Source: Mytilus trossulus
Lineage: Eukaryota
Reading direction: 5' to 3'
DNA length: 64,000 nt
Assembly (NCBI RefSeq): GCF_036588685.1
Contig: NC_086375.1
Coordinates: 57,288,001 to 57,352,000 of the forward strand
Within the stretch, counting starts at the first letter, position 1; every line of letters begins with the position of its first letter. Made by a program: the position numbers and the translations under genes. This document shows, piece by piece, positions 1-17,110 of this stretch. The notes beneath the pieces were generated by a model. It saw nothing but the letters and a program-made list of their open reading frames with translations, was not told where the DNA came from and did not search any database.

Positions 1-848
1 GTAACCCGTATCATGCCAACAACTAATTTTAGAATAAACGTGTTTAATTCCGATGAAAAGATGCTTTGACACATGGTTTGATACATGGTTGATTCTTGCT
101 CAACATGCAAATTATATTAAACTATACTAATATTTTTATCAAAACAATCGTTCTTCAGCTTTTAGTCTCTGTGTGCACTCATATTCATCGGGTTTCGTGC
201 TCTGTGAATTTATCTTGTTGTGTTAGTTTGAAATATTGTATTGTTGATGAAAAAAATAGTAAGAAGTAATTTCGATGATCCGAAAGTCTGATATAAAAAT
301 GTAATGAGGTATTATGATTGAATAAGAGACAAAAAATAAAAAAATAAAAATAATTTTTCATGAAATATTTGTTTAAATCAAAGAAATCTGAAGAACAAAA
401 ATGAACCCTTTATTCTACAATTGATGATTGATGTTACTTTTATACACTTTTATTTTAAATCTACATGTGCATGGACAAACATATTCGTCAACTATTTTGC
501 AAGTCTCTGTGCAATGATTATGTGCAAATTATGCTTCTATTGATACCAAGTTGATTAAAATCTGACCAGAAATTACCCCAAAATACTTTCAAGTGACGAA
601 GATTGGTTGTATTGCCATGCATCAAACATGCAAGTATGTTAAAACCTTAACCTATCTAAGAATGCAATATTTTCATGCTGATATGTACGAGTTGATAAAG
701 TTATGAAGTTGTAATTAGCTTGAGTGATAATTTAAGATGTCGATATAAACTTTATTCGTTTATTTTTTTGTTAAAATTGTGTGTATTCTCAATATCATTA
801 TTTGTAATGCTATGATAAAATAATTTTTTAAAAAGGAAAATTTTACAG

Positions 849-1467
849 GTATTTTATTTGTTGTTGATAGCAGCGATATAAAAAGATTGCATTCAGCTAA
901 AGTAGCCCTCCATCATTATATAGTGAACTGCAAGGAAGCACGAGGTATTCCTCTTGGGGTTATAGCTAATAAGCAGGACCTACCTAGTAAGTCGACATTC
1001 TTAAAAAAACACAATAATGAAAGATAGTTGCCACTTTAATGGTTATATCGTCAAATAAAGCAGAGGGGTTACCTCAAAACATATGTTTTCTATCTAATTT
1101 CAATTTCAATAATCTTTCGCATCTGTGGATAATAAGCACAAAATCATTTGATTTCTGTAAAAATATGATAATATTTGCAATCAGTATTTTTATTTTGGTT
1201 AAAATGTGCCATGGGTTTCCTCGCTGAATCTACAAATAAAATGTAGTTAAAATGCACTCCAATATGAAAATGTTTAAAAAAAAATGTTTTCTGTATTTAA
1301 TAGATACTTTAACTCCTAAAGATCTTGCATCAGGCCTTGAATTATGTCTGATAGAGGACAGACAATGGTTCATACATGGTATGTGCGCTAGGACAGGCAG
1401 TGGAATAATAGAGAGCATCACTTTATTGATCGAAGCAATTAAAAGGACAAATATGATACGAACGTGA
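849..1467 (+). CDS. ARF/ARL-family small GTPase copy A, last two exons (849-986, 1304-1467); divergent; 5' exons not found in window
   Basis: AG/GT-bounded exons translate to GILFVVDSSD...GIPLGVIANKQDLP / NTLTPKDLASGLEL...WFIHGMCARTGSGI...*. G4 NKQD and G5 CA are present, with the same intron positions and phases as copies B-E. Confidence 0.85.
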
Positions 1468-1746
1468 AAACGACAACAGCAAATTTTGACTGTCGATTTA
1501 AACATATTTTGATATTGTGTTTATGAAATGACGACAACATATTTTAGTGTTTTCAACTCGTCAGGACTCATAACATACTTGTCGAGTATAAAACTAATAG
1601 ATGTGTATGGTGTATGAAATATTTATACCTTGACATATAACGATTACTCTGATTCCTTTCACGGATTTGGATATACTTTTTGGACTTTTTGGATTATAGC
1701 GCTTCATCTTTTATCTAAGCTTTGGATTGCAAATATTTGGCCACGA

Positions 1747-1790
1747 GCATCACTGAAGGGACATGTATTGTCGAAATGCGCATCTGGTGC
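1747..1790 (+). ncRNA. Hammerhead ribozyme motif, family 2 (AUC site), within a retrozyme fragment at about 1640-1820
   Basis: gcatca-CTGAAGG-gaca(tgtat)tgtc-GAAA-tgcgc-ATC-tggtgc; stems perfect, one core substitution. Confidence 0.75.
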
Positions 1791-2571
1791 AAGAAAATTG
1801 GTACCGTTAATTTTATTACTGGAAATGTCATGATATTGAGAATGCACATCTCTGACGGAGTCAAACATTTCTAGATTTTTTCTTAATCCGTTTTTTTAAC
1901 CGGATTGCTTGTGAAAATTGAAAATTTTATTTCTCTGAAATGACTCTAAAATGACTTATTGTAAGTGCACTTTTTTCACATAGTTATATTTGGTTATAAT
2001 AAAAAAAAAATCATTGATATTTTCCTCTTGTTCTCACATATTTTTAAAATAATTCCCGTCAGAAGAATACATCATTTACACCTTATACTATTATTGAAAT
2101 AATCAAAGAAATGAAACGAAATAGAGAAGCATGAATGATATAGTTTGCAATTCTTAAAATATTTCAACAAACAAATTAATGACGTATTCTTCTTACAACA
2201 ACAAAAAAAAAATAATAAATACCAAAATAAACAAATACAAAATCGCCACTATTTTACTTAATTTCCATAAATTATATTTATATAGCAAGCCTATTACATA
2301 TTTATTTTGATATACTTGAATGTACCTTATTTTTTCGTTTTGTAATATTCAATATTATATAATGATAAAGAAATAAAGACAGAATATTAACTGCTTAGAA
2401 AACAGATGTTAATACATATATCTATATAGAGATAATATTGTCAATTTAGGAAAATACTTATTTATTTATTCAGTCGAGTCGTCATAGTGCAATGTAATAT
2501 AACATTCGATACTCCTCGATCTTTTACGCTTTAATCATAGGTTTAAAATATATCTGTCAAACTTGCCATGC

Positions 2572-2655
2572 TGGAAGTTAATTGCTGGATTGTACGACTT
2601 TCTTGTGTTCTAATGGCATGTGTGACGAAATCTCGCTTTAAGATTAAATATAAAA
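2572..2655 (+). promoter_or_regulatory. Conserved proximal promoter of ARL copy B (GGAAGT block, TGACG site, TATA)
   Basis: TGGAAGTTAATTGCTGGAT, TGACGAAAT (2623), TATAAAA (2649); same arrangement upstream of copies C and D. Confidence 0.65.
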
Positions 2656-2742
2656 AGCTGAGGTTTACTAACAGTTATTAAATTTCGAAAGTCTGTGAAG
2701 AAGTGAACCAGCTAAAGTCAGTAAACAAATTAAATATACAAA

Positions 2743-4183
<1,441 letters not shown>

Positions 4184-4834
4184 CATTTTCCGTCTAAACA
4201 CAAATAATGTTATTTAATAATGTTAGAGATTTCAGGATTCCCGACATCCTATGTCCTGGGCACTTCGACATCGATCAGTGTGCAACAGTCACTGAAATAT
4301 CGACCCCAAATCAAATTAAGGAGCAACTGAAACTAGTGGATTGTGCAATATGTTTGATTGAACTGAGAAAAATTAACAACACGGGTGTTACTATTGTGAT
4401 ATTTAATGTAATATAATATACTGTTTTTGTTTAGTTGTGTTTGTATTTAATCATAAATAAAAATATCTTGCAGATAATAGCTTTCCTTTCTGAATCATTC
4501 TTAATATAAAAAAAAAAACGCAATGATTTCATTTTTTTAACTTTAATTTGTCTCGGCTTTAATTTTTTGCATTTCTTTAGTTTTCACATTTTACAACAGA
4601 AATATATAAGATTAGAATAAATGTTTTATGAATCAGAATTTGAAATTGGACACACATAAATCGTTATGCAAAGATAGAACAATCATTGTACATTACCATT
4701 AATGCTGGAATGTAAATTAAAGCTATAATAAAGTTTAATGCACTTTAACTCAATTTGTTTCAAAATATCCCTTGTATTGAAAGAGGGACGAAAGATACCA
4801 AAGGGATAGTCAAACTCATAAATCTAAAACAAAC

Positions 4835-5870
4835 TTGATTTTTGTCTCACGAAAGTCAATTTTTGTCTCACGAAAGTCAATTTTGTCATCACAAAAATGA
4901 ATTTTGTCGTCACAAAATTGACTTTTGTGAGACAAAATTGACTTTTGTGAGACAAAATTGACTTTTGTGAGACAAAACTCAATTTTGTCATTTTTGTTGA
5001 GACAAAATTCAATTTTGTCATTTTTGTTGAGACAAAATTCAATTTTGTCATTATTGTTGAGACAAAAGTCAATTTTGTAAATTTTGTTGAGACAAAAGTC
5101 AATTTTGTTAATTTTGTTGAGACAAAAGTCAATTTTGTCAATTTTGTTGAGACAAAAGTCAATTTTGTTGAGACAAAAATCAATTTTGTTGAGACAAAAG
5201 TCAATTTTGTGACGACAAAATTCATTTTTGTGATGACAAAATTGACTTTCGTGAGACAAAAATTGACTTTCGTGAGACAAAAATCAATTTTGTTGAGACA
5301 AAATTCAATTTTGTTAATTTTGTTGAGACAAAATTCAATTTTGTCAATTTTGTTGAGACAAAAATCAATTTTGTCAATTTTGTTGAGACAAAAGTCAATT
5401 TTGTCAATTTTGTCTCACAAAAGTCAATTTTGTCTCACAAAAATCAATTTTGTCTCACAAAAATCAATTTTGTGTAACAAAAGTCAATTTTGTGTAACAA
5501 AAGTAATTTTTGTGTAACAAAAGTAATTTTTGTGTAACAAAAGTCGATTTTGTGTAACAAAAGTCGATTTTGTATGCAAATTAGTTCACAGAAACCAAAC
5601 TGAACTAATTTAAATACAAAATTGACTTTTGTCGCTCAATTTTCAAATTAGGTAACAAAAGTCAAGTCTGTGTAACAAAAATGAATTTTGTCATGACAAA
5701 AGTGACTTTTGTCCGCTGATAGATAATTTTGTATGACAAAATTTCAAATTTGTAGTATGATACAAATTTTGTTAAACTGAACTCATTTTTGTTGAACAAA
5801 AGTCACTTTTGTCCGTACAAAATTGAATTTTGAGTACAAAACCACAAGAGTCCCATTCGGCGCCCCGTAA
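4835..5870. repeat. Complex satellite of about 21/30-bp quasi-palindromic units with an internal inversion
   Basis: Repeated TTTTGT..ACAAAAGTCAA units in both orientations; exact 94-bp inverted repeat 4835-4928 / 5194-5287. Confidence 0.9.
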
Positions 5871-6705
5871 TTGGCACTCATATTGATTCTTCTGCTTTAT
5901 ATGTACCCAGTTTTATCTTTATTAAATCACAACTTCATGGTGAATTTCTTAGACTGAACACACCGTCATATTTCAATAACGATCAGTACATCTTGGGTGA
6001 GAACCGTACTTAATCATGATCAAACATAGTCATCTTTAATAAAAAAAAAAAAAAAAACAACAACAACAAAACAACGTGCACGTGTATTTCAGTTTTCAGT
6101 GGATTTGACTTACTCTACGCTTTTACAATGATACCTTTTAAGAAACCACATACTTCAATTTGAAGTTGGTGACACTAAAACTTCATCATAAACTATAACC
6201 AAAACATTTACAATAAACAGAGACGGACGGATGGACGGACGTAAAGACTTTTAAATATAACGACCATCTCTATCGTCAAACAGGGTAACAAAATCAAAGT
6301 CGTGAATTGAGTTACATGTCAGTCTTGAGACTCAAAGTCAATCAACATAAACAAAATCTTGAGATTATTAGACATAAAGTATAATGCATCAGTGCAAAAA
6401 GTACTTTTCTTATATTTGTTACAAGAAAACAGGTAAAACCATAGTATCAAAGTCTGCATAAGTTCGATAGTTTCCTCGCTCTTCTGCCAAGTATGTTTCA
6501 AACCGTTCCAATAAATTCTGATATAAAGTGGAGGCTTCCAACGCAATTGTTGGTAAACCAAGTGTCAGACGAAATAAACGTAACTTCTTTAGTATTCCTG
6601 TCAAGAGTTGATACAAATGCAGTGATGAATATTTCCATGTATTCTAGCCCTATTTCAAAAGAAACCTTATGCATTTCTCCATTCTGTCACTTTAAAAAAT
6701 ATTTA

Positions 6706-7006
6706 ATTGTGCGCACAATATATTTATTTTGTGCGCACAATATATTTATTTTGTGCGCACAATATATTTATTTTGTGCGCACAATATATTTATTTTGTGC
6801 GCACAATATATTTAAATTGTGCGCACAATATATTATTCTGTGCGCACAATATATTTAAGTTGTGCGCACAATATATTTAAGTTGTGCGCACAATATATTA
6901 TTTTGTGCGCACAATATATTATTTAGTGCGCACAATATATTATTTTGTGCGCACAATATATTTAAGTTGTGCGCACAATATATTATTTTGTGCGCACAAT
7001 ATATAT
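6706..7006. repeat. Minisatellite, 14 x 21-22 bp, each unit with palindrome (TT)GTGCGCAC(AA)
   Basis: Counted directly from the sequence. Confidence 0.95.
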
Positions 7007-7496
7007 TTTTTTCTTTGCATGTCCCTAGCGGGGCTCCGTACATTTCTTCTAAATTTCTACTTTTTAGGCTAATGAATTAAATAATTGTTGTAACTTTCAC
7101 TCATTTAGGTTTGAAATGTTATGATACATGAGTAATTGAAATTTAATGCTGAATGAATTATCCATTATTTTTTTTCGTATACAGCCGGATGTGACGTACA
7201 ATTATTTGATGGTATTACAACTATAACAGAAAACCATGCAACAGTTAACATGCTTATCTTTAGTTATAGCAGATTTTTAAATTTCCTCTGTGGTCACCGA
7301 ATTTTATTTGATTATGCATATTACAATAATTAAAGGCGACTGAACTAAACCTGAGGCTTTTCGTAGTAGAAGTATGAAATGATTTCTTCTACAATTCATT
7401 TGTTATCTACCCCTTATGCAGTTTGATATTGGTTTTATTGTTTTATGTTGTGTTGTTTGTCTTTGTTGTGAGTTGTATGATGGTTTGTGCTCGTCT

Positions 7497-7781
7497 GACT
7501 TCGATGTTGACATGAATATCAATAATGTGGTAATTTTTATAAATTTCCTGTTTAAAAAACTTAGAAATTTTCGAAAAACTAGGGATTTTCTTATCCCAGG
7601 CATAGATTTCTTTAGCCGTATTTGGCACAACTTTTTAAAATTTTGGGTCCTCAAAGCTCTTCAACTTTTTACTAGTGTGGCATTATAAATATTTTGATAT
7701 GAGCGTCACTAATGAGTCTTTATGTAGACGAAACGCGCGTCTGGCGTACTTAATTATGATCCTGGTACCTTTGATAACTAT
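7497..7781 (+). mobile_element. Partial retrozyme copy (family 1) with mutated hammerhead at 7704-7746
   Basis: Aligns by eye to about 62320-62603; core reads CTAATGA instead of CTGATGA. Confidence 0.8.
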
Positions 7782-9039
7782 TTTGAATATTTATTGCTCT
7801 CAATTAAGCAAAGTCGATCGTTTTCAGTATATTCACAGATAGGACATTCCGTTTTAAATTTTCCCGGAGTTCAGTATTTTTTTTATTTTACTTTTTTATG
7901 CTCACTATATGAATCAGTGTGAGACGACAAAATAGCTCATTTATGATAAAAAGATGTTAATGAGACTGCATGATACATATCATCGTCTTAACGACTATCA
8001 AAAACAGCTAACATATACATTATTCCTTTTTCATGCCACAATGTATTATTCTGTTAATGTACTGTTTTACAAAGGCTAGTTGAAGTCGACATAAAACGTT
8101 AGTTTTCTCTTTGAATTGTTTTACGTTGTTTTATCTGGGCCTTTTATAGCAAAGTCATGGGTTGTATGTTTATATATCTAACCGTAGATGGTGTTTACTG
8201 CAACTAGAGAAAATATGCGTAGACTAACTAATATAAACAATTAACTTTCATAGTAGTTGGACATGTGAATTTCATGCTTTGCTTAACTTTGAAGTAATAA
8301 GTTCACCAGCAATCGATCATTTTCCCAATTTTTTTCCATTTCTACGATTTTCTTTGGGTTGATATTAAAACAAATATAAGCATTAAACTATATTTACTAC
8401 CCTCTCTATATAAAACGTTATATACCAAAATGATTGTATGGTAACCTCAACAACAAAAAGACACTAAGCACAGATCTGAGAGTACGTACTCGTAGTTACA
8501 GACAACTTGTTTAAAACCACTAACAACTTATAAAAAAGCATGCATGTATGACTGAAGACAGAAATAATCCAACACGATAAGAAAACGAGAAGCATGAAGA
8601 ACATATTGATAGTTTGCAAGGTAAAACAAATTGATGACGTATTAATTTTGAACAACAAAATTAAAAATAATATTAAAAGCAAAAAAACCGCAAAAATTTT
8701 AAAGAAATCGCCATTCTTCTACTTATTATAGTTTCCATAAATTTATATTTATTTGTTAATTCAGAATCTGTTACAAATTAACTGTAGAATATGCCTTATT
8801 TCTTGATTCGCAGAGTTCACATTTTATACAATAATAAAGAAATAAAAACGTATATTGAGTACTGCTTAGAAAACTGATGTTAATATCTATATCTATATAT
8901 AGATAATATTGTCGATTTAGGAAAATACCTATTTATTTATTCAGTCGTCGTCATGGTGCAATGTAATTTAACTATCGATACTCCTCGATCTTTTACGCGT
9001 CAATCATAGGTTTAAAAATATTTGTCAAACTTGCCATGC

Positions 9040-9123
9040 TGGAAGTTAATTGCTGGATTGTACGACTTGGTTGTGTTCAAATGGCATGTGTGACGCAATC
9101 GTGCTTTAAGATTAACTATAAAA
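9040..9123 (+). promoter_or_regulatory. Conserved proximal promoter of ARL copy C
   Basis: TGACGCAAT (9091) lies 26 bp before TATAAAA (9117). Confidence 0.65.
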
Positions 9124-9205
9124 AGCTATGGTTTTTTAACAGTTCTATTCAATTTCGAAAAGCTGTGAAGAAGTGAACTAGTGAACAAATAAAAATAAAT
9201 ACAAT

Positions 9206-10611
<1,406 letters not shown>

Positions 10612-11049
10612 AATTTCACATCTTAATACAAGTTATGTGAACATAAAGATGATTAAGGGACTCCAGGATGTCTCGAACCCCTATCTTCTGAACTCTTCGA
10701 TATCAATCGGTGTGCAACAGAAATGGAAATATCGATCCCAAATCAAAGTGAGGAGCAACTGAAATTAGTGGATTGTGCAATATAATTGATTGAACTAAGA
10801 AAGATGAATAAAACGATAGATAATATTGTAATATTTTTTTTAATTTATTGTTATGTTTGTATGTTTTCATAAATAAAAATCAACAATGGAAGTTTTTTTC
10901 TTTCTCATTCAAAAGTTAAGAGGAACGAACACAATTCTATGTTTCGCTTTGGACATCGTGAATTTCATCATTCCATATTAACCTGATTTTTACCTTGTAA
11001 ATGAAAGATTTATCAATACATTTGAACTTCAATGTATAATGATCAATGA

Positions 11050-11242
11050 CTGGTATATGTTGATTTTTATGTTTTAACGCCACTTTTGGGCTATTTCATG
11101 GCGGTCAGTTTTTATTTGTGGAAGAAGCCCGAGGACCCGGAGAAAACAACCGATCTTCGATAAGAAAACTGAAAATCCTTATAAAATAAGTTCGGAGTCG
11201 ACTGGCTAGTTATTACAGTAAAAACTTAAACCACTCGACCAC
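11050..11242 (-). mobile_element. SINE remnant with V-domain-like core
   Basis: ggaagaagcccgaggacccggagaaaacaacc resembles the V-SINE core GGAGGAAACCGGAGTACCCGGAGAAAACC. Confidence 0.5.
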
Positions 11243-12899
11243 TTCAATTACTAATGTAAAGATATACAAGCTCATTGTTTCAAGTTACATTATAAAAAAT
11301 CATGAAAGAGCTTTCTATCTAAAACAATATTCAAAAGAATTAACAAAAACAGGTAGAAAATGCATTGCATGTTTAGAGAAGGTGCATTTTTTACATCTTT
11401 TACAACCAAAAAAAATAAGATTATAGTAATGTTTAATGATCAGTCAAAACACATGTATAATATCTCCGTACAAAGAGCAGAAAAAAAATCAATTTGCACT
11501 AGTACCATTGATTGTGTGATGTAAATTAAAGTTAGTGTACAGCTTAATGCTCTCGTATTAATTCCGATAGCCAAGAGTATCAAAATCGCACATGTTTTGA
11601 ACTATGCACTCCGCATGTATTGTTTTGACGAAACCTTTCAAAAGATTTTCAAACAATGACACATAAACTTAGGAAAATAAGCACTTTCTTCCTCTATCAA
11701 TTTTCCTGGTATAAGTTTTCTTGCGGGACATTATGTTCTAGTTCAACTTTCCAAACCCAAAAATGAATACCCCAAGTTATAAATTTAAACACCAGTAAAA
11801 TTGAATACAAAATGTCATATCAATAAAAAAAATTAAATGAGTAAAATTCAAAAAGCTATTGATTCATTCAGAAGTGGGTAAAAGAAGCGAACACACATTT
11901 GGCTTATGTGGATGAAGTATAGTTGGCTTATGATTTTTTTTTTAATTTTCAGCTCCTTGTTCTTATTACGAAACTTTTGAAATGATTATGAAAAGGACAA
12001 AGATCAAAGGACTTTTCAAGCATGCCTTCTACAAAAAAAGGTATCAATTATTTAAACAAAATTGTGAGTCCTAAATTATTGCTAAACGTTTGTCCATTAT
12101 GTATCCTGTTTGCAGACCGAGTTGGACTCAATAATTTATATTACAAATAATTACTGGCGATTGAACTAAACATTGTGGTAACTTTATGAGAAGTAAGAAA
12201 AGCGTTCTTCTACATAGCATTTGGTGTCACAATGTGGGCCTCGAGTTTGTTTGTTTTAAAATAATACCATATTGAAAAAAGTGCAGAGACAAAAAAAAAG
12301 TACTATTCCCTGAAGAAAAGAGTAACCGGATTCTAAACAATGCAACACTAATTCTAATGATTTATAATTTTACTGTCCTTTTCGTTTCTATAGTTTTACT
12401 ATCTACTAAATAAGTTTTGTTGATAGCCAGAAAAGAATTTTTTTTCTACTAGAGGTGTTAAACTTCCATGCTTACTCATGAGGTTCTCGCATGATCAGTA
12501 CGAATACTTTTATAATAGTATATGAATTAAGAGTTCAAAACAAAGGTGTATTCACTTAAAGTTTATAACAAATTTGCTTTGTACAAAATATTAATTAACA
12601 GATGTAATTGTTTCACCGATTGACTGCTAAAATGGCGTATTCCTGGAATTTATTCGCTTAGCAACATTTAAAACCAATTTAACACCAAGCCCCCATAGCC
12701 TGCTGTATTCAGTACGTGCTATTTAAGGAGGACAACGAAAACATTAAACTGAAGGTGTTTTTTTTATTCAGTCAACTTATTTCTCTTGTTTTACTGTTTA
12801 CAATAACGCTTAAAGCCTATCCCATGGGTTTATAACTGATGGCGGCCTTTCTAAAACGGGAAAACATTAAAAGATCTAGTTTTCTGGGTCTCAACAGGG

Positions 12900-13300
12900 G
12901 AGGTAATACTTTGTCACTAGAATCCATAAATTTGTAACGAAAAGCTGAGTTTCACATTAGTAGTCTGTTCGGAAGCCGTGGTTTCGGGAGATCAAAATTT
13001 TGTTTTCTCTACGTATTTCAGCATGTTTTAACAAATTAGTGCACCAATAGATATAGAGGCCGATAGTTTTCTGCTAAAGGTTTATCACTATTCAAATACT
13101 TATCACAGGTAATTTTCCAGTGTTGTTAGAGTGTCGAAAAGATTTTAAGTGATGGTGCAAGGTGTTCAGCACATTCTCAGATAACTGTATGTTGTCTTGG
13201 GTGACGCTTTGGTAGGATCGACTTTCTTATATTAGTAATTCTGCAACTCTTGGTTCTATTATAAAAATCTGTGAGTGTCATTGATATTTTTCCGGCTTTC
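12900..13300 (-). mobile_element. Highly decayed non-LTR retrotransposon RT fragment (CR1/L2-like)
   Basis: Minus-strand fragments DPTKAS, ECAEHLAPSL, NTGKLP, AENYRPL and NHGFR..CETQL appear in the expected order. Confidence 0.6.
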
Positions 13301-13527
13301 CTACTTTAGTTTAGAAAAAAGATAATTTCTAAATGGCTTGAAAAGAGACATGATGTATTATATCACTGGTCAGAATGATAATATTGACCACAATCAAATT
13401 GTCATATGTGTTATAATTTGTCACTGAAACCGCTAAAGCACTTTTTGTGGTGCTATGCTTGAACGGACAATCAATTTGCAACTATTTGGTGAGATGTTTC
13501 AGCAGAGACCCACTATACAGTATATAG

Positions 13528-13775
13528 AGCCTCTGACCTTTGTTAGTCTTGTATTATTTTAATTTTAGTTTCTTGTGTACAATTTGGAAATTAGTATGGC
13601 GTTCATTATCACTGAACTAGTATATATTTGTTTAGGGGCCAGCTGAAGGACGCCTCCGGGTGCGGGAATTTCTCGCTACATTGAAGACCTGTTGATGACC
13701 TTCTGCTGTTGTGTTTTTTTATCTGGTCGGGTTGTTGTCTCTTTGACACATTCCCCATTTCCATTCTTAATTTTA
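13528..13775 (+). repeat. SINE-like dispersed repeat
   Basis: ggggccagctgaagg...gttgttgtctctttgacacattcccc recurs at about 39780-40060 (+) and about 39250-39480 (-). Confidence 0.6.
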
Positions 13776-14474
13776 ACACATAATACAAGTAAGAACATGT
13801 ACAGAAAAAACTATAAACAAGCAAAGGAATAGGAATTGCTGTTCTTTAAATCTGAAATTCCAAGCAAGGCCTTTTAAACTAGAAGAAAAAACTCTGACCC
13901 AACTGCAAGTTCATACGGCGTCTTGCACCGGCTGTACATGAAGCAGAACTCTGTGCAAACTGACGGTCACGCCAAACATTGAATTGCAGAACAATATCAT
14001 GGAGTAATAACAAAAAGATATCAAACATTAACTGTCACAGTCAGCCAATCACACTTAAGCTTATGAAATACGTCTGTTTGACTCCCTCCTAAAAAAAAGT
14101 AGGAAAAAAGAAGTCTGAGATAAGACAAAAGAAAAAAGAAAAGGCTATTAAAGATATCTTCAAATACGTAATTGTTATGTAAAAATCAGCAAAATCTCTA
14201 TAAAATATACATTAAAACAAGTATTATTAATTATTTTAGTGCCCTCGATTTTTTCTCGTGGAAATTAATAGTCAATATTTTAGCATACAACATTAAAAAT
14301 AATATTATTTCCGTGATCGATTTCAAAAAATGAATAATTGTAAGTAGGAGATATTTATCAAATATCTATTTACATTAGCCAGTCGTCATGGTCTAATGTA
14401 AACATACATCCGATACTCCTCGGTAGTTTTCCTATATAGTCAATGGTTTTTATAATTTGTCATACTTGCCAGGT

Positions 14475-14558
14475 TGGAAGTTAATTGCTGGATCGTACGA
14501 TTTGGTTGTGATCAAATGGCATCAGTGACGAAATCTTACTTAAAAATTAATTATAAAA
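14475..14558 (+). promoter_or_regulatory. Conserved proximal promoter of ARL copy D
   Basis: TGACGAAAT (14526) lies 26 bp before TATAAAA (14552). Confidence 0.65.
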
Positions 14559-14630
14559 AGCTGAAGGTTTCAATGTGTCTTTCATATCTTGAAATATAAG
14601 TGAATAAATAGAGTAATTAAAATATTCAAA

Positions 14631-16451
<1,821 letters not shown>

Positions 16452-17005
16452 CCAGCTCAATCTTAATATAAGATGCGTGAATTTGAAGCACGGGAAGTCG
16501 CGGATATCCCGAAAAAACATTTTCCAGGAAACCCTGATAAACATTGATCTGGTAACAGGAGTAAAATCGTCGATCGAAAATCTAAGATCTGAGTGTTGAA
16601 ATGTATAATGGGACTGTGCAATATGTTAATCCATTGAAGGACTATATTGTCAATGTAGTTCTGTCATAGTTAAATCAAATAGAGAGAGAAGAAATAGTGT
16701 CTACGTTCTGTTGTTCTGTTTACATGTTAATAATAAAAACAAAATGAAACTACACACTTGCATTTGTTCACCTCAAATGTCCAAATGCAACAAGCTTTTT
16801 CACTTCAGTACAATTTTAAATTTATATCAGTGATAAGAGGGCAATTTTTAAATTCAGTTTTTCATGAAAAAAAAAGGAGAAGCCATAATTTGCTTTAATT
16901 TCCTTTCGATATCTTTAATTAAATTTGGTAAAAGAAACCATCCCATTCTATTTTTATTCTCTACGAGATATAGAGTATTAATAATTCTTGCTTCATATCT
17001 ACTTT

Positions 17006-17110
17006 GTATTTTATACGGTATGTTACGTATTTCATACGGTATGATACGTATTTCATACGGTGTGTTACGTATTTCATACGGTATGTTGCGTATTTCATAC
17101 GGTATGTTGC
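17006..17110. repeat. Minisatellite, 5 x 21 bp (TATTTCATACGGTATGTTACG)
   Basis: Read directly from the sequence. Confidence 0.9.

Noticed and set aside
4207-4416. 69-aa ORF after copy B, possible readthrough or downstream peptide
   Set aside because: It lies in the 3' UTR; start and frame are not conserved in copies C and D, and in-frame stops follow the TGA shortly.
4816-5517. Repetitive ORFs of 61-154 aa
   Set aside because: They are translations of the satellite, open in several frames and on both strands.
6319-6700. Protein-like minus-strand ORFs
   Set aside because: No recognisable motif or splice structure.
6493-7080. ORFs with CAHNI/VRTIY repeats; CRISPR-like appearance
   Set aside because: Minisatellite without unique spacers, in eukaryotic DNA with no cas genes.
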